Part shown: positions 1-12,429 of the stretch, piece after piece
How positions within the stretch are numbered: the first letter of the stretch is position 1
Layout: each line of letters begins with the position of its first letter
Source: Chiloscyllium plagiosum
Lineage: Eukaryota
DNA: 64,000 nucleotides
NCBI RefSeq assembly: GCF_004010195.1
Contig: NC_057711.1
Location: 80,268,528 to 80,332,527, forward strand
Direction: 5' to 3'
Program-made: the position numbers and the translations under genes
The notes under the pieces: model-generated
What the model was told of the DNA's origin: nothing
Seen by the model: only the letters and a program-made list of their open reading frames with translations
Database searches by the model: none

Positions 1-119
1 GGCATTGGATAGGCATATGGAGGATAGTGGGCTAGTGTAGGTTAGGTGGGCTTGGATCGGCGCAACATCAAGGGCCAAAGGACCTGTACTGCGCTGTATT
101 TCTCTATGTTCTATGTTCT
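1..119 (+). mobile_element. CR1-type LINE 3' end
   Basis: ggcattggataggcatatgg...gggccaaaggacctgtactgcgctgta followed by (ttctatg)n tail, typical of CR1 3' termini. Confidence 0.75.
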
Positions 120-317
120 CTAAACTATTTTGGTTAGAGAATGTGATATCAACAGTAAGTTAACTATATATTTACAGTACACAAAAAGAACACTATTTTA
201 ATCTTTTGAAATGATTTTCTTCACAAAAATGCTGACCCCACCACTTTGCAGCAGCAGTAATAATTTCTTATAGATAACTTGGAAAAAATACTGTATTTTG
301 TTCACAAATATACTTTA

Positions 318-590
318 AGGAAGGAGATCTGCTGTCTTTTCTGAGTCTAGCCTATATGTCATTGTCAACTGACAAAAATGTGGTTAATTCTTAACTGAAC
401 TGAGAAATATCCTATTAAGCCACGCAGTTGAATCAAATTTCTAAGTAAAATAGTAAAAATGAAACTGTACCATGCATCTGACTGAGCACAAGAAATGGCT
501 AATGTACATCAAGGCTAGTAAACCTTATAAAGTCCCCCAATCTACTATCTGTGAATTTATGCACTAGGAATATTGCATTCTTCTAGTCAA
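318..590 (+). mobile_element. Degenerate 5' part of an old shark non-LTR element (probably the family seen at 5130-5380 and 7700-9390)
   Basis: ggaaggagatctgctgtc...agcctatatgt...aatgtggttaattcttaactg resembles the recalled 5' region of this abundant elasmobranch family. Confidence 0.4.
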
Positions 591-649
591 TTTAAATGTA
601 GCAATCAAATAACAAGGATTGATCAAACAATAATGAGGGTTCTTTATAT

Positions 650-2991
650 TGTTATGACTGGGTGAGGAAGGATATATTACCCCTTCCTTACGTCTTCTTA
701 ATTAGTATCAGCTGATTTTCAAATGCTTTATTTTTACACACCCTGTACTACAATTAAACACAATTAATTATATCAGCATAAAGTAGCCAAATAAGATTTT
801 CTTAAGTGAAAGAAGGGGTGATTTTATTACCTAATCCTTAAAAAGTAGCAAAAATATATGAAGCACACACACAACCACAGATAATAGCTTGTAAAGAAAA
901 GGGGATGGGAGTGTGCCTCATACAGAAAATAAGTTAATGGCATTTATAGTTCAAAGTTATTAGAGCTTCTTAGCCCATGGGAATAACCTGTATCCTGACT
1001 GTTTACCATGGTATTGTTTATTCAGCAGTGGGGAAGTTTGCAGAAATCCTTGAGTTCTTGGTGAATGGCTTTTTTTCAAGTTATTTCTTTTTACTGGATA
1101 CTGACTTCATGTTTGAGAGAGAAAGAAAGTGCCTTCTAGTTTTTGTTCATTGATTGATTTTCTTGTCTCCACTCTGCTGCTCAAAAGTAGCAGGTGAAAT
1201 ATAGTTCAGTGTGACTTCCAGATGCTTGTTCCATTGTCTTTTTTGAAGCTGGATCACCTACAGGTGGCTGTTGTCTCAATGTGTAACTTCCGAATATATA
1301 TGAATCAACTGGGAGATTTAGCTTTCTTTTCTTTTACTTTCATTTGTAACAATGTTTTTTGTCTTTGACTGACCCTTGTTTATTGATGATTTTATAAACT
1401 TGGCTCAATATGGTCAGGAAATCACCTCAACTATTTTCATTCAATATTAATGTTCTTCAAATATCACTCATGTCCAATGATGTCTCAGGCATTAGAAACC
1501 AGATGATAGTAATTGAATATCGATAGTTCCTGTTTACCATTATTATCACATGTTCGCACCAAAAAGAATGAAGGCAAACATAATTTCTCCTTTTCGTTTG
1601 TAGTGAATATTCCATTGCCAGGTAAATATGAAAGAATGTTAGAACAATTGGAACAACAACAATCACATTTTGCATTTACTCTTTTGGTCCTAACCTAGAT
1701 TTTTAAATAGTTTTGGGACTAAACATTAGACATTTTCTCTGAGCTGTGCCACATTCTCAAATCATAACCCTGCATTGCTGCCTATGCATAATATTCAGGC
1801 ATTTTTAAAGACGTTTTCTAGAAGATTGGTGGCTGATAATCAACGTGTTGCCTCCTGCTCGTTGTTTGGATATCCTGCACCTCATTCCGATTTAGCTTCA
1901 TATCAACCCAATTTGACTGAGTTCTGAGATTTGGTTACATTTTTTGGTTCCTCTGGTGGGGGGAGCTGTGTTTAAACTATTAGTATGTTCTCTTGTGGTG
2001 TTATCTGTTCTGGGATAACTTTCCATACCTTTGTCCTTTGAGTTTGAAGTGGGGTTTTACCCTAATCTGTGCCACTTTTCCTGGAACACTAATGATAGGA
2101 GGTGGATTTACAGCTTTAGCTAGATTCCCCAATGGATCTTCCATGATGTGTGATCTAATCTTCATTTTCTCCTGGTCTTTCTTCAGTTGTAGTATCTTCC
2201 TAGCTCCAGAATTCTTTCTGGATTTATTATGACCCTTTTTTCACTTCTGACTGAATTTCAGCCTTGTTTAAATTGATTGACTCCTGCCAAAATACTCCAA
2301 TCACTTTGGGGGATACTGCAACCATGGGGATTCCGAATCTTTCGTTGTTCCCAATCCCAGCCTCTTTGCTGGTCTAATTCAAGTGAACCTTTTAGAGATG
2401 CACCAACTCTGATGCTCCTCCATGCACTCGGTAGGCCATTTGAATGTTTTTTGGCCTCTTTGGTGCTTTCTGTATACTTTCTCCAGCCTCCCCATCCTCT
2501 TTAGATTATTCTATTCTAGTTTGAGGGGTATATCTGGCTACCAACTATTTCTTTCCAAAACAAAATATCTATCCCTTATGTTAGAAATTAGGGTCCCTTT
2601 AGAATCTCTAAAGTGTGGAAACAGGCCATTTTGGCCTAACAAGTGCACACCACCCTCCAAAGAGTAACCCACCCAGACCTATTCCCCTACCCTATTACTT
2701 CGCATTTCCCTAACTAATGCACCTAACCTGCACATCCCTGAACACTATGGGCCAATTCACCTAACCTACACATCTTTGGACTGTGGGAGGAAACCAGAGC
2801 ACCCGGAGGAAACCCATGCAGAAATGGGGAGAATGTACAAATTCCACACAGACAGTTGCTTGAGGCTGGAATCAAACCTGTGGCCCTAGCACTGTGAGAC
2901 AGCAGTGCCACCCCTAAAACTGATTATTTCTCATTTATTTTTTCATGTGGCATCGTTCCACCGAAATAATTAATCTCCATTATGGTATGAC
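650..2991. mobile_element. Degenerate LTR-type element remnant
   Basis: Starts tgttatgactgg and ends ggtatgaca (TG...CA); no intact ORF; interrupted by a SINE at 2601-2912. Confidence 0.3.
2601..2912 (-). mobile_element. HE1-like tRNA-derived SINE
   Basis: Reverse complement of ...gtgtggaatttgtacattctcccc...gggtttcctccgggtgctctggtttcctcccacagtccaaagatgt core with CR1-like tail. Confidence 0.9.
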
Positions 2992-3610
2992 ACTGGGAAG
3001 CACAGAGAAACTGAGGGATCTTGAAGTGCATATATATTGGTCACTGAAGATGAGAGGGAAGAAGATATGATGGTTAAGATGGCATTCAGGCTATTTAGCT
3101 TCAATAGTTAGGGTATTGAATGGAAGAGCAATGAGACTGATAGAATTGTAGAAAATGTTAGTCAAGTTACAACTGGAATGCTCTATACAGTTTTGGTCAC
3201 CACACTATTGAAGGGATGTGATTGCAACAGAGACAATCTGGAGGAGATTCACCATGATATTGCCTGGGATGGACCCTTGCAACTATGAAGAATGACTAAA
3301 AGTGTTGTGGTTGTTTTCCTTAAAGGAGTTCCTTAGTGAGGAGACAAAGTTCTGAAGGCCATAGACAGGGTGGATAGGAAGAAATGTTTCCCCTTAATAG
3401 AGGTCTCAATAATCAGCGCAAAGGTTGAAAGTAAGGGACAGGAGGTTTAAAGGGCATTTGAGGATTTCTCAATTCATCAAGAAGGAGGGCAAATCAGAAA
3501 CTCACTGCCTGAAAGGGTGATTAGAGGGAACCTTCACAACATTTAAGAAGAATTTCAACAAACACTTGAAATATCATAGTATACAAACCAAAGGGCAATG
3601 CTGAAAAATG
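2992..3610 (+). mobile_element. Degenerate CR1 LINE, 3' part of RT ORF
   Basis: cagttttggtcaccacactat, aggagattcaccatgatattgcctggg and aactcactgcctgaaagggtg match CR1 ORF2 C-terminal motifs; many stops. Confidence 0.7.
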
Positions 3611-3639
3611 GAAAAACTCTATAATTTATGACCAAACTC

Positions 3640-4343
3640 AGGCAGTCAGTTGCTTTCTAGTCAAGTGTTCAAACTTTTGTGGTCAGTCTGTGATCATTAA
3701 CAGGACTTTAAAGATGATCAAAGAACAGGTGATATGGTGACTATACTCCGCCTGTAAAAGTGCATTTTGTCCTGGTTTCTTTTACAGAGAGATTGAAGGA
3801 TAGGTACTGAGAAGTCTATGAAAAGGTAAGCAACTTGTGAAGCCTTGTGAGTTTTTGTTTTAAAGTAGAAGCAGCCTGAGTGGATGTGGTCGAAATCCCA
3901 CAAAATCAGGATCTTTAGTGTGGCTTTCAGCAGTTGCTTTTGGGGTTTTGAAGATGTAAAAGCTATTTTCTTCCCTCTCTCAGTTACAACCACAAGCTGG
4001 GGGTTCCTTGCCTGCTGTGGGAGTTGAATGTACGACAAGCTGAATTTGCCTTCAGGTGAGGTTGTGTTTATGGGATGTTACTATATTGAACAGTTAATTA
4101 GTAATAGTTGCTGTATCTATTTGTCTGTTAAGTTTTCCAATAGAGTTAAGTTATTCCAATTCCTTCATTCTTTTGCTGTATTTTAAGTATAGTATTTGAA
4201 TAATTTGTGCTTGGTTTAAAGTTTGACCAATCGAATTGCATCTGGAACACAGCACCTCACATTTACGTTTAAAATGAGAAATAGTTAGGGTCTAGATTAT
4301 CTTCTGAATATTTTGTGGGGTTTTGGTTTCGTTAGGTTGTAGC
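3640..4343 (+). mobile_element. Solo-LTR-like fragment
   Basis: gtttgaccaatcgaattgcatctggaacacagcacctcaca...agttagggtctag...ends near CA; resembles a recalled common shark LTR. Confidence 0.4.
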
Positions 4344-5129
4344 ACCTGAAGTGGCTACAGCCTTAGGTGGCCATAGGTTGCTGTTTGACTACAATGGTGG
4401 TATGATTGACTTGCTTCTATTTTCCCAGGTTTGCTAAAACTCCACTCACAAAACGTAAGTTTTAGCATGAAACTGGAAACCAGGGTTCAAGAGTTAAAAG
4501 AATTGCTGTTATGAATTGTTGTGAGAAGATTCCTGAAGAAACTCTGCTTTCCTAGTCCAGTTGTGTATTTAGTTGACCTCCCAATCTCCTGAATGCATAA
4601 TATTATAGATTCCTCTCTCTGTGGATTTCTATTTAAAGCTTGAACCTTCAGAGTTGGCTGTGACATCTCTGTTCTCACAAAAAGTTTGCAGAAGTAGAGT
4701 GTATTAATTGAAATGTCCCAAAGTTTAAATTTTCTTTCTTGTACTTACTGGCTAGAAAAAGGCTTGATATCCCATAATAAAGGCACTGTATGCAGGATTC
4801 TTGCAATGTTGCAGATTCACTTACACTCTGTGAGTAATTGCATGTTATTTCACTGTTATAGAATATATATTTGTATATTTTTCTGTCAAATCTTTAAAAA
4901 TCATGCTGTCACCATTAACTATATGACATGGATTGATACGACTATTTAAGGATTTATAAGGATCCTCTTATTTGAGGATAAAACTATTTAAATACCATAC
5001 TAACCAGGAGGGTGAATAAGCACATCTATCTTGGTGTAACTGCTACTGTAATCTAGAAACAAAGTCATAATGTTAGTTATTGACAGAAGTTTAAGATACA
5101 TCCTCTTAAAGGTACACATACATCATATC

Positions 5130-5380
5130 GCAATAGAAGGTTGGAAGAGCTTTCCAACAGATTAGCCTTGGCAGCCTGCATGCCCATACTCACTGAATCA
5201 TAACTTTCAGCCAAAAATCCAGTTTCCTCCACTGCTGATCCTGGTTACGTCCTGTTCTACTGGTAATACTGATCCACCAGAGTCACTAGCATCACAGTGT
5301 GCAGTCTGGAGGAAATCACCCTGGGAGTCCTCAATGTTGACTCCATCTGAACTCCATGAAGTCTGTTGAAGCTAAGTTGG
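5130..5380 (+). mobile_element. Old LINE fragment (endonuclease region)
   Basis: ccctgggagtcctcaatgttgactcc...ccatgaagtct; appears to be upstream of the 7700-9390 RT fragment of the same family. Confidence 0.45.
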
Positions 5381-5763
5381 TGACTTGTATGGATCACAGG
5401 ATTGAATTACACTCCAATATTTAAGCAAAATAAATCTCCATAGCCGTAGTAAGGGAATTCTACAATCTATGAGGTTTCTTCTTTCAGATGAGACATCAAA
5501 CCAAGATTCTCTCAGCCACTTCCAATAGATATAAAGTTTATTCACTGCATTTATATCAATTGTGTTTGATTGTATGCAAGTGTTCACATTAATTGTGGAT
5601 TTGTAGTGTTTCCATTAAATGAGAATAGACTGAAACTCCATTGTCAGCTTTGGAGGTGTATGTTTGCAACGTGATGTGTATGTGTGAAAACAACTGTTTA
5701 CAAAAATATATAAAGATGGGTTTCAATTCTATCCTTCATTGCCTGGTTCTCTCAATTAATCGA

Positions 5764-7010
5764 TAATAGCAGAGAATAGTTGTAAAGATTGGAAGTAATC
5801 TTTAAACACCCTATGGTCTCTATGTCCTTGTACATTATGATCTGCCTGTACTGCATGCAAAGAAAACTTTTCACTGTACTTAAGTACATATGACAACAAC
5901 AAATCAAATGAAATAAAGAAAACCATTTCAATCAGTGAACTAAACTCCTAATGGCCATTGGAGAAAAATGTGAGAAAACAAGTGTGATTTGTTCTGAAGG
6001 GATTACCTTTCAATGTTTTCAGAACTGAACCATATGAACAGAGGAAGAACAAAGTGGATATATAAGCAGAGGTTATATCTTGAGTAAAGAGAAAACATGA
6101 TGTGGTTTTGGTGTTGACACATTCTTCATGAGGTAAGGACCCAAGTCAAGTATTTTGTTAAGAGTGGTATTGAAAGTTATAGTGTCATAGAAAGTGTAAT
6201 CGGGTAGTGTTGAATGTTTGGAACGTCTATAAAAGTTCCTCAATGAAATCTGCCGCAAAATGATCTGTTAAATGCTTTGAATAATTTCTGAATGCCTATG
6301 AGTAATGTTCAGAATCTAATAGATTTTAGAAAGCAGATGGCCATCAATGGAAGAATATATTATGGACTTTAACAGATTGATTAAAAGATTGGCAAAATTT
6401 CATCTTGCATTTGACAGATCAACCCCACCATTTAAATTATTGAATAATGCTAAGATGTCTCACAAAAACTGACAAATAGCTCTAACTGGCAATCCGTTCT
6501 CAAAGCAGGAAATTCTTTTCAATTAGATGTCTGTGGCTTTAAAAAATCTTGAGGAAATGATCTTTTCCTTCAGTTTTCGTGGACAGTTAAGACATCCAAC
6601 AATGTCACAAAAAAGGAAAACTAAACAATTTCAAGACTTTAAAATAATTCAGATTCTGGGCACAGGCATCAAAACAATTCTCGGATTAAAGGCAGCAAGA
6701 ATGAAAACCTTTAGCAGATGTGGCTATTACAGCAAAACAAGAAATTGAAACAAAAATAATTGATGACTATATCCCAGGAATGCACAAGAACCAGTTATGA
6801 GATGCTGTGGTTGTAACTTGAAGTATCTTGATGCAGTAAATTGCAAAAACACGAAGAGGCAAGGTGCTTGAAATAACCCACGAGAAAGAGAATTTTAAGA
6901 CGACGAAGACACTAATTATTTTTAAGACACTGGTCACAGAAAGTTTTAGTTCTATGATGAATGCATTATTTTTAGATTTGGCAATGACAACACATTCAGT
7001 CACTAAAATA
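5764..7010 (+). pseudogene. Ty1/Copia (GalEa-like) gag-protease remnant with degenerate tRNA-Met PBS
   Basis: From 6347: MEEYIMDFNRLIKRLAKFHL...FKLLNNAKMS...LTG...MSVALK. Zinc-knuckle relic RCCGCNLKYLDAVNC at ~6800; protease-like NALFLDLAMTT at ~6960; taatagcagag at 5764 resembles TGGTAGCAGAG. Confidence 0.6.
5822..5915 (+). mobile_element. Rex1/Babar-like LINE 3' tip
   Basis: tgatctgcctgtactgc...aaaacttttcactgtacttaagtacatatgacaa...aaatcaaat. Confidence 0.5.
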
Positions 7011-7699
7011 AGTTATTCATGTGAAATAGTTGATATAAGCCATTATTTGAGTACTAATGCAATCCTGATTTATATAAAGGTACCAGTATTGTTGACTGAA
7101 TCATTCTGAAGAATGCATAAATGAAACTTGATATAGAATATGATCAAGCAGTTCTTTCTTGAAAGTCAGTGCAACTGCTGTTCACTCAGTCGGGCTATTA
7201 TTATACCAACATACCAAAATTTAATGGTTCTCATCAGAAGTATTCATAACATATGGTGATAAAAAATACAGAGGAAAAACAAATTGTTTGGAAGTTACAT
7301 TGATCATTTAATTACTCTATTGTCAAAAGTTTGAAAATCCTGCTACAAGGAGATGGGGCTGACTGAGGAGATGAATGTGTAGTCCAGTTTTGTTGGGTCA
7401 GTATCCTGGAACTCTCTCCCTGGTAGCATTGTTGGTGTAACAGACTGTAGTGACTCAAGAAGGCAATTCATCACGATCTTCTCAAGCCAGTGACATGCAT
7501 ATTTAATGCATAAACAAAAATGCTTCCAGAAAAATAATTAGTGAAAATTGTGAAATCTGTAGGAAGTATTAGAGGACTCTGCCATGACCTATTGAAGCCA
7601 TCTATTGGAATGTTTCATAATGATATGATTACCATACATGTATGGTACAAAGAGCTAAATACTTTCATCCCTCAGTTTACAGGTATCAACATTATCGGC

Positions 7700-9390
7700 A
7701 TCAGCAAGAGAGAAAAATGTGCTTGACTTCATCTCAATAATTTGCTTGTTACAGATTTGTCTGCCCATGACAACATCAGAAAGAGTGAACACCATTCAGT
7801 CCTGATGGAGATGAAATCCTACCTTCACATTGAGAATACCATCTATTGTATTGTATCACTGTGCTAAAGGAAACAGACTTCTAATAGATCCAACAATGCA
7901 AATAAAAGTGCTGGAGAAACTCAAAAGGTCTGGAAACATCTGTAAAAAAAGAGAAACATAGCTAACATTTTAAGTCTGGTATGAGTGTTTTGGAACACAG
8001 ATCTGCTGAGCTTATTCAGCAATTTTTGTTTTCATTTTATATCTCAACATTCCATGGTACTTTGCTTTTATTCTAACAACCCAAGATTGGGTATCCATGA
8101 CACACATGGGCTATCAGCAGCAACAGAATTGTCCTCAAACATAATCTATAACCTGCACTCTACCATTAGTATCAAGCCAGGGGATGAAGTCAGGTTCAAT
8201 GAAGAGTTCAAGATGCTAAAAACTGCATCAGGCCATATCTAAAGATGATGAGCCAACTTGGTGAGGCAAGAAAACAGAACTACTTGCATGCCAAGTAACA
8301 TAAGCTGCAAGTGATAGACAGAGCTAAGACATTCCTCAATCAATGGATCACATTCAAGCACTCCAGTCCTTCCATATCCAGTCATTAATGATCATGAAAA
8401 TTTTTAAAAACTGACTGGAGGAGAAACCTCCACAAGTATGCCCATCTTCAATGATGAGGAGCACAGCACAACAAGTTTGGAGCATTGGTAAAGTAGTCAG
8501 AAATGCCAAGTAGATGGCACATCTCTGCCTCTTTCGGCAGTTCCAAGCATCACAGAAGCCATTTCTCAACCAATTCAATTCACTCTACATCGCTATAGAG
8601 AAACACTGAAAACACTGGAAACTGCAAAGGCTAAGAGCCAAGACAACATTCTGGAGCTAGTGCTGAAAATTATTGCTCCAGAATTAGCTACACCTCTAAT
8701 CAAGCTGTTCCAGTGCAGCTACAAAACTGGCATCTATCTGAAAATAGATTTCAAAGAATAGCCTGGACAGAAGGAGAAAAGGATAAAACCCACAGGCCAA
8801 TTATCGTCCCACCAGTTCACTCTCATCATCACTAAGATGATGGACAATGTCTTCAACTGTGCTATCAAGCAACACTTACAAAAACCTACCTGCTCACAGT
8901 CAGTTTGGGTCCTGTCATGGCTACTCACCTCCTGATTTCATTACTACCTTGAACCAAACAGTTCAATGAAGAGTTCACATCCAGAGATGAGGTGAGAGTG
9001 ACTGCCCTTGACTTCAGGGCAGTATTTGACTGAGTGTGAAATATAGGAACCATAGCAAACTAGAGTCAATGTGAATTAGAGGGGAAGTTCTCTGCTGACT
9101 GGAATCATACATAACGTATCAGAAGATAGTTGCGGTGTTTGGAGGTCAGTCATGTCAGTTCCAGGACATCTCAGAGTAGATGTTTCCTGATTAACCTGTT
9201 CAGAGATGTTATTACACACTTCTGGAGCAGGAGGGACTTGAACATGGGCTCTCTGACTCAGAGTTAGGGACACTACACTGTGCCATAAGAGCTCTGGTTC
9301 CTCAATGTAATGTCCTAGGCCCTACCAGCTTCAGTTACTTTAACAAGGGCCTTCCCTTCACCATAAAGTCAGAAGTGAAGATACTGAGGT
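7700..9390 (+). mobile_element. Degenerate non-LTR retrotransposon RT region
   Basis: From 8607: LKTLETAKAKSQDNILELVLKIIAPELATPLIKLFQCSYKTGIY; at ~8995 RVTALDFRAVFD*V (RT motif A); frameshifted; interrupted by Penelope-like pieces (~7892-8060) and a SINE (9181-9292). Confidence 0.75.
9181..9292 (-). mobile_element. Short tRNA-derived SINE
   Basis: Minus strand reads ctcttatggcacagtgtagtgtccctaactctgagtcag...ccatgttcaagtccctcctgctccaga, with A/B-box-like elements. Confidence 0.6.
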
Positions 9391-9478
9391 AAAGACTCCA
9401 CTAATGTCTTAGCTCATCTGCTGCTGAAAGCCTTATCCATCCCTTCATTGACTCTTAACTTGTCTACTCCAATTCTTT

Positions 9479-9702
9479 GTTGAAAAGTGTGGCACTGGAA
9501 AAGCACAGCAAGTCAGGTAGCATCCGAAGAGCAGGAGAGTCAACGTTTCAAGCATATGACCTTCATCATCTCATTCTTGATGAAGGGCTTATGCCCGAAA
9601 TGTCAACTCCTCTGTTTCTCGGATGCTGCCTGACCTGCTGTGCTTTTCCAGTGTCATATTTTTCGATGCTGACTCTCTCCAGCATCTGCAGTCCTCTCTT
9701 TT
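9479..9702. mobile_element. Penelope-like element end (family A), internally inverted, with TSD
   Basis: Head-to-head copies of gaaaagcacagc...gcatcc; flanked by tctactccaattcttt (9463-9478) and tctactccaatccttt (9703-9718). Confidence 0.8.
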
Positions 9703-11539
9703 TCTACTCCAATCCTTTCCTAGTTGATCTCCCATCTTCCAAACATGTTGGCTTATCTAAACATCTGTTGCCAACATCCTAATGTGCACTACATCTGTGG
9801 TGCAGTGAGATTAACATAAATCTTGATGATGTAACTGATTGCATGACTTTGACATTAAAGAGAGAGAAGACACCCATCTAGAATGAACAACAGAAGGCTT
9901 CATTCCACATTTTAAGTCATTTACAATCTACTATGTGCAGATGGATATACAATTGTGTTACAATACATAAGGAGTGAAGATCATTGATTAGAGGGAACTT
10001 GCAAGCAATCTGAGGAACACAACAGTTGCATTCACTCACAGACCAGATGGACTCCAGATGGGTATCACAATGTATAAATAGTAGTAATGGCTTATAACAG
10101 AATCTAAAGAATGGAGAAAGGTAGGAAAATATCCTTCACAGCCAGGATCTAAAGACTATGCAGGCAGGGCAAGACCATAATCAATTTTGAAGATGGAACT
10201 GAAGTAAAAAAGCAGGAAAAATCAGAAGGCAGGCCAAAATCTTGGAAGACTTTGAGAAAAGGAATCTGGAAAAGGAAAATATGCTGAAGGATCTCAGAAG
10301 ATTTAAACCATCGATTTAAAGACTATAGAGTGAGAAGATACCAAAGGGTGGAAAAAAATGGAATGACTTCAAAACCTAGCCACGGACTGGAAATACTCTG
10401 TTGAGGAAAAACAAAGGATTGGAATACTTTGGCAGTAAGAAGGGAAAGCCCAAGTACTCAAACAGGTCATTCGGGTACACTAGCCTGCAGGGATAGGGGC
10501 TCTGGTGTACACCTTGCTGTTACCTCATTTGATAATGGAGAGGGCCCACAACATTGACAGATATCTGTACCTTCAGTGCTATTGAATGGCTTCAGGCTTG
10601 CATGTGAAGGAGGAGGGCCATCAGGTCAATGGGTTTTAATATGCTGGTCCAATAGCTGGTGGTGTTCTGTTCAGATAAATCTTGGAAAACAGAACTAAGG
10701 AGTATAATTCATCAATTAACATATTCATTGCATATATTAATCCCAAAAGGAATGCAAAATAGGAGTGATTTATTAATAGGCGAGTGAACCTGCTGAATTT
10801 GATTCCCATATTCTGGTTGCCATGGGGCTATTGGTACAATCTTTCCACCAGGAAATTTGAGTTTACTGGTCTAATCCAGACCTTCTTTGGCATTCCAAAA
10901 TAAGTTCCCAGTAAATACCCCAGCTCCACTCCTAATTCATGAAATCCTCTTATGCTGGTAAGGCAAATAATAGATCTGCAGGATTGCATTTGAGTGTTCC
11001 TCGGAACATGGTGTTCTTCTCTCTTGGTTTATCTTGCTTATTACATGCAGTAAATATACGAAACAAAGTTAGATGGCTCAGGGACTCAACACACAAAATG
11101 AACCTGGATTTCACAGACATACTGGGCAGGGTGCCTTCCATCTTCCAATGCTAAACCGGTTATTAAATGAAATGAGGAATGTTGGTTTCTGACCAAAAAC
11201 ATCATTAGTGCAAAATAAACATCCAGTGTTCAACCCAGGAACCATTTTGGCTTGACAGACATTGTCAAGTTCCATCATTGAGCCAGAGAGAAGAAGCTGC
11301 AGGGATTTGAATTGCTCCTTCACACAGTTACTGTCAGGTTTCTAATGGAATGTTTGGCTATGAACACATTGTCAGCAAAAAAAAAAGATTCTTCAGATGA
11401 TCAGTATCTCATCCTCAATTCTAACCCTCCTCAAATTCAGGACCTCACTTTTGTTCTCTCATTCTAGCAAACTACTCAGTTTCATCAAGTCAAGACAAAG
11501 TCTAAAGAAAGGAATGAAACCAGACAGACATCAACATAG

Positions 11540-11669
11540 AGGAGAAAGTGAGGACTGCAGATGCTGGAGATCAGAGATGGAAATGTGTTGCTGGAAAAGC
11601 GCAGCAGGTCAGGCAGCATCTAGGGAACAGGAGAATCGACGTTTCGGGCATTAGCCCTTCTTCAGGAAC
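11540..11669 (-). mobile_element. Penelope-like element 3' end (family A)
   Basis: gaaagtgaggactgcagatgctggag...gacgtttcgggcattagcccttcttcagg; TSD catcaacatag/catcagcatag. Confidence 0.8.
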
Positions 11670-11725
11670 CATCAGCATAGGCACTGCAAAAGGCAATGGC
11701 AGAAGTAAATCCTGAAAATTCAGTT

Positions 11726-12056
11726 TGGTGGCACAGTGGTTAGCACTGCTGCCTCAATGCCAGAGGGCGGGGTTCAATTCCACCCTTGGCAACTGTCTGT
11801 GTGGAGTTTGCACATTCTCCCTGTGTCTATGTGGGTTTCCTCTGGGTGCTCCAGTTTCCTCCTACAGTCCAAAGATGTGCAGCTTAGCTGGTTTAGCCAT
11901 TCTAAATTGCCATAGTGTCCATGAATGTGTAGGTTATATGGGTTAGCCATGGGAAATGCAGGCTTACAGGGATAGGGTAGAGGGTGGGTCTAAGTGGGAT
12001 GCTGCTCAGAGGGTTGGTGTGTATTTCCACACTATAGGGATTCTATGATTCTATGA
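11726..12056 (+). mobile_element. HE1-like SINE
   Basis: tggcacagtggttagcactgctgcctca A-box, ggttcaattcc B-box, conserved core and (attctatg)n tail. Confidence 0.9.
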
Positions 12057-12429
12057 TCACCATATAAAAACCCAAAATGCCAAACATGTGGGAATCAACA
12101 TGATCAACCAATCATATCAGATTGTATGAGATGTGGTTCCAAACAGAGCCACAAACACAATGCATGTCCAGGAGGGGGAGCTGAGTGCCATTTAACTACG
12201 GTCAGTTGAAACACTTCAGAAAATTTTGAGACTTGACAGCTCCTTCATCACCTCAAAAACAAAGCGTAAGACCTGTAAAATGGAAAAAGATCTTGCTAAA
12301 ATTAAAATCATGCACAATGACAAAGTTAGGTTGGTAGAGTCATCTATGCTTTTTGACCAACTATGTCCATGCTGAACAACAAACAGTAAACAACGACAGT
12401 CCCAATTACCTACACTTGGCCCACAGTTA

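Noticed and set aside
9790..11340. Possible retroviral or other coding remnant
   Set aside because: No motif I could assign by eye; left unannotated.
11726..11800. tRNA gene
   Set aside because: The A/B boxes belong to SINE heads; no complete cloverleaf.
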